Shown: one piece after another, positions 62,701-64,000 of the stretch | How the letters are laid out: each line of letters opens with the position of its first letter | Numbering within the stretch: the stretch's first letter is position 1 | Origin: Takakia lepidozioides | Taxonomy: Eukaryota; Plantae; Bryophyta | Length of the DNA stretch: 64,000 nt | Direction: 5' to 3' | NCBI GenBank assembly: GCA_030704615.1 | Contig: CM060734.1 | Span: 56,854,001-56,918,000, forward strand | The notes under the pieces: model-generated | Database searches by the model: none | What the model was told of the DNA's origin: nothing | Seen by the model: only the letters and a program-made list of their open reading frames with translations | Program-made: the position numbers and the translations under genes

Positions 62701-64000
62701 TTAAGAGAGTGGGGGATCCAACATACATAACAGCATGCCAGAAGAAATGTCTCCTGCAAGGATTATGGCCGCAAAGCTGCCACGTAATGGCATTAGCAAT
62801 GCAACCAAGCCTATATGCTTCCCCCCGATATTTACAAAGCCCTTCCTTTCTTTCTATTACGGGCTTCCACAGATACTAAGCCTACCTAGTACATCTGCTA
62901 AAGGGGCCCAACAAGTACATCTACACGAGAAATAATCCAAATACATGAACATTGAAGTTTCCTCAATGCCGGATTTCAAACAACTTTTCCATGCACAATA
63001 CAAAGAAGACACAGCAACAGCTCCCAACACAAACACAATTAGTTATACTGGCAAAGTGCCTTACATGCACCTTGCATGGTGGCACAATTCAGCCTGAGAA
63101 CCTAGACTGCCATGTTTTATTGCAGTCTCCCTTAAAACATACAGAAGATGCCTGGCTTACACTTGATATGGACGCTTCCACCATTAGAGGAGCTTTGCAG
63201 ACGACACAGCTTATTATGAAAAGTGGTTGGCTGATTACAGCCAGAACACATACTTCATGAAATGCTTTTGCAGCTGATATGGTCTGTAAGGAGAAAAGTT
63301 CTACAATCAAAGCTTAAATGATTAGTTTTTTTCGCATTACAGCTGTACTGATAAGGATATCCTGAATTTAGAGCTAAAATCAGCATTGCAAAGTTACCCT
63401 AAGTCGAAGATCAGGTAACTCTTCAAGTTTGAAGAGTTCCCCAAGACTAGAGAAGATGAATACCTGATATCCCCAAATTTTGAGAAGATCGTGTGTGTGA
63501 CTAAGACAGAAGCTTTGGAAGATACACGTGTCTCTGCAAACCATCGCGATGGCACGCCTTTCAATACGAGTGTGTTGGGTCGTTCGGCTGCTTTTCCTGC
63601 CTGGTAACCTGGTAAAAGCATGATGAAAACCAGATGTACATGGTTGGTCACAGCAGCAACAGTAAAAATTTGTCCTTGCTGAGCTCCAATGTGAATTTAT
63701 CACACATTCACAGCAACTACTGAAGGACCGCATGCCCACCTACTTATATCTCTTTCCAATTACGACATTATGTAGCCCAATTTGTAACAAGTGACATCCC
63801 TCAGCTAATGACTTTTGTTCTTTCACCTGGATCTGCAGGCTGTTTAATCCCAAACCATAATGCAGATCTGAAGTCAAGCAAGGATACGATGATGCCTATT
63901 GAGGGGCATTGACAGCACATGCAACATTCCCAAGCATATGACTGAATCTATGATAGGTAGGCAGGAGGGCGGCAAATCAGTGACCTCCATGACCACTAGA
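56712..64000 (-). CDS. AKAP17A/XE7-like (plant ZCW7-like) splicing-associated protein, 3' part; 5' end outside window
   Basis: Exons 63464-63600 (ERPNTLVLKGVPSRWFAETRVSSKASVLVTHTIFSKFGDIR), 62335-62491 (CQVWVQFENHDSF), 61764-61990 (VDWDRESYFS + coiled coil), 59926-60013, ~57855-58006. The 3' end is uncertain. Confidence 0.8.

Overview
Eukaryotic plant nuclear DNA, probably a non-seed land plant (inferred from spliceosomal introns, PLS-class PPR and F-box/kelch relics, plastid Cpn60-beta and TTTAGGG repeats). The window has two halves. About 1-37.7 kb is a nest of decayed transposable elements. About 38-64 kb is a compact island of intron-containing housekeeping genes: a damaged RPS13, SLY1, ENY2/SUS1, CPN60B and an AKAP17A-like gene. 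The most striking content is two adjacent transposon-associated DNA methyltransferases. (1) A minus-strand Ty3/Gypsy element (4273-~10620) whose pol reads protease - C5 cytosine methyltransferase - RT - RNase H - integrase - PHD finger. Its LTR starts and ends with the same ~85-160 bp block, and a second diverged 3' copy at 27532-28844 shares this architecture. (2) A spliced plus-strand gene (~10689-13523) ending in a beta-class N6-adenine/N4-cytosine methyltransferase domain, directly followed by a GCM-domain Mutator-like DDE transposase. Also present: a Gypsy pol with a degenerate dUTPase in the same PR-RT slot, a chromovirus integrase, a 3.56 kb solo LTR with a perfect 5-bp TSD, and several palindromic or telomere-like repeat arrays. 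All TE coding regions seen here carry stops, frameshifts or truncations. Domain calls come from motif recognition by eye, not from database searches.
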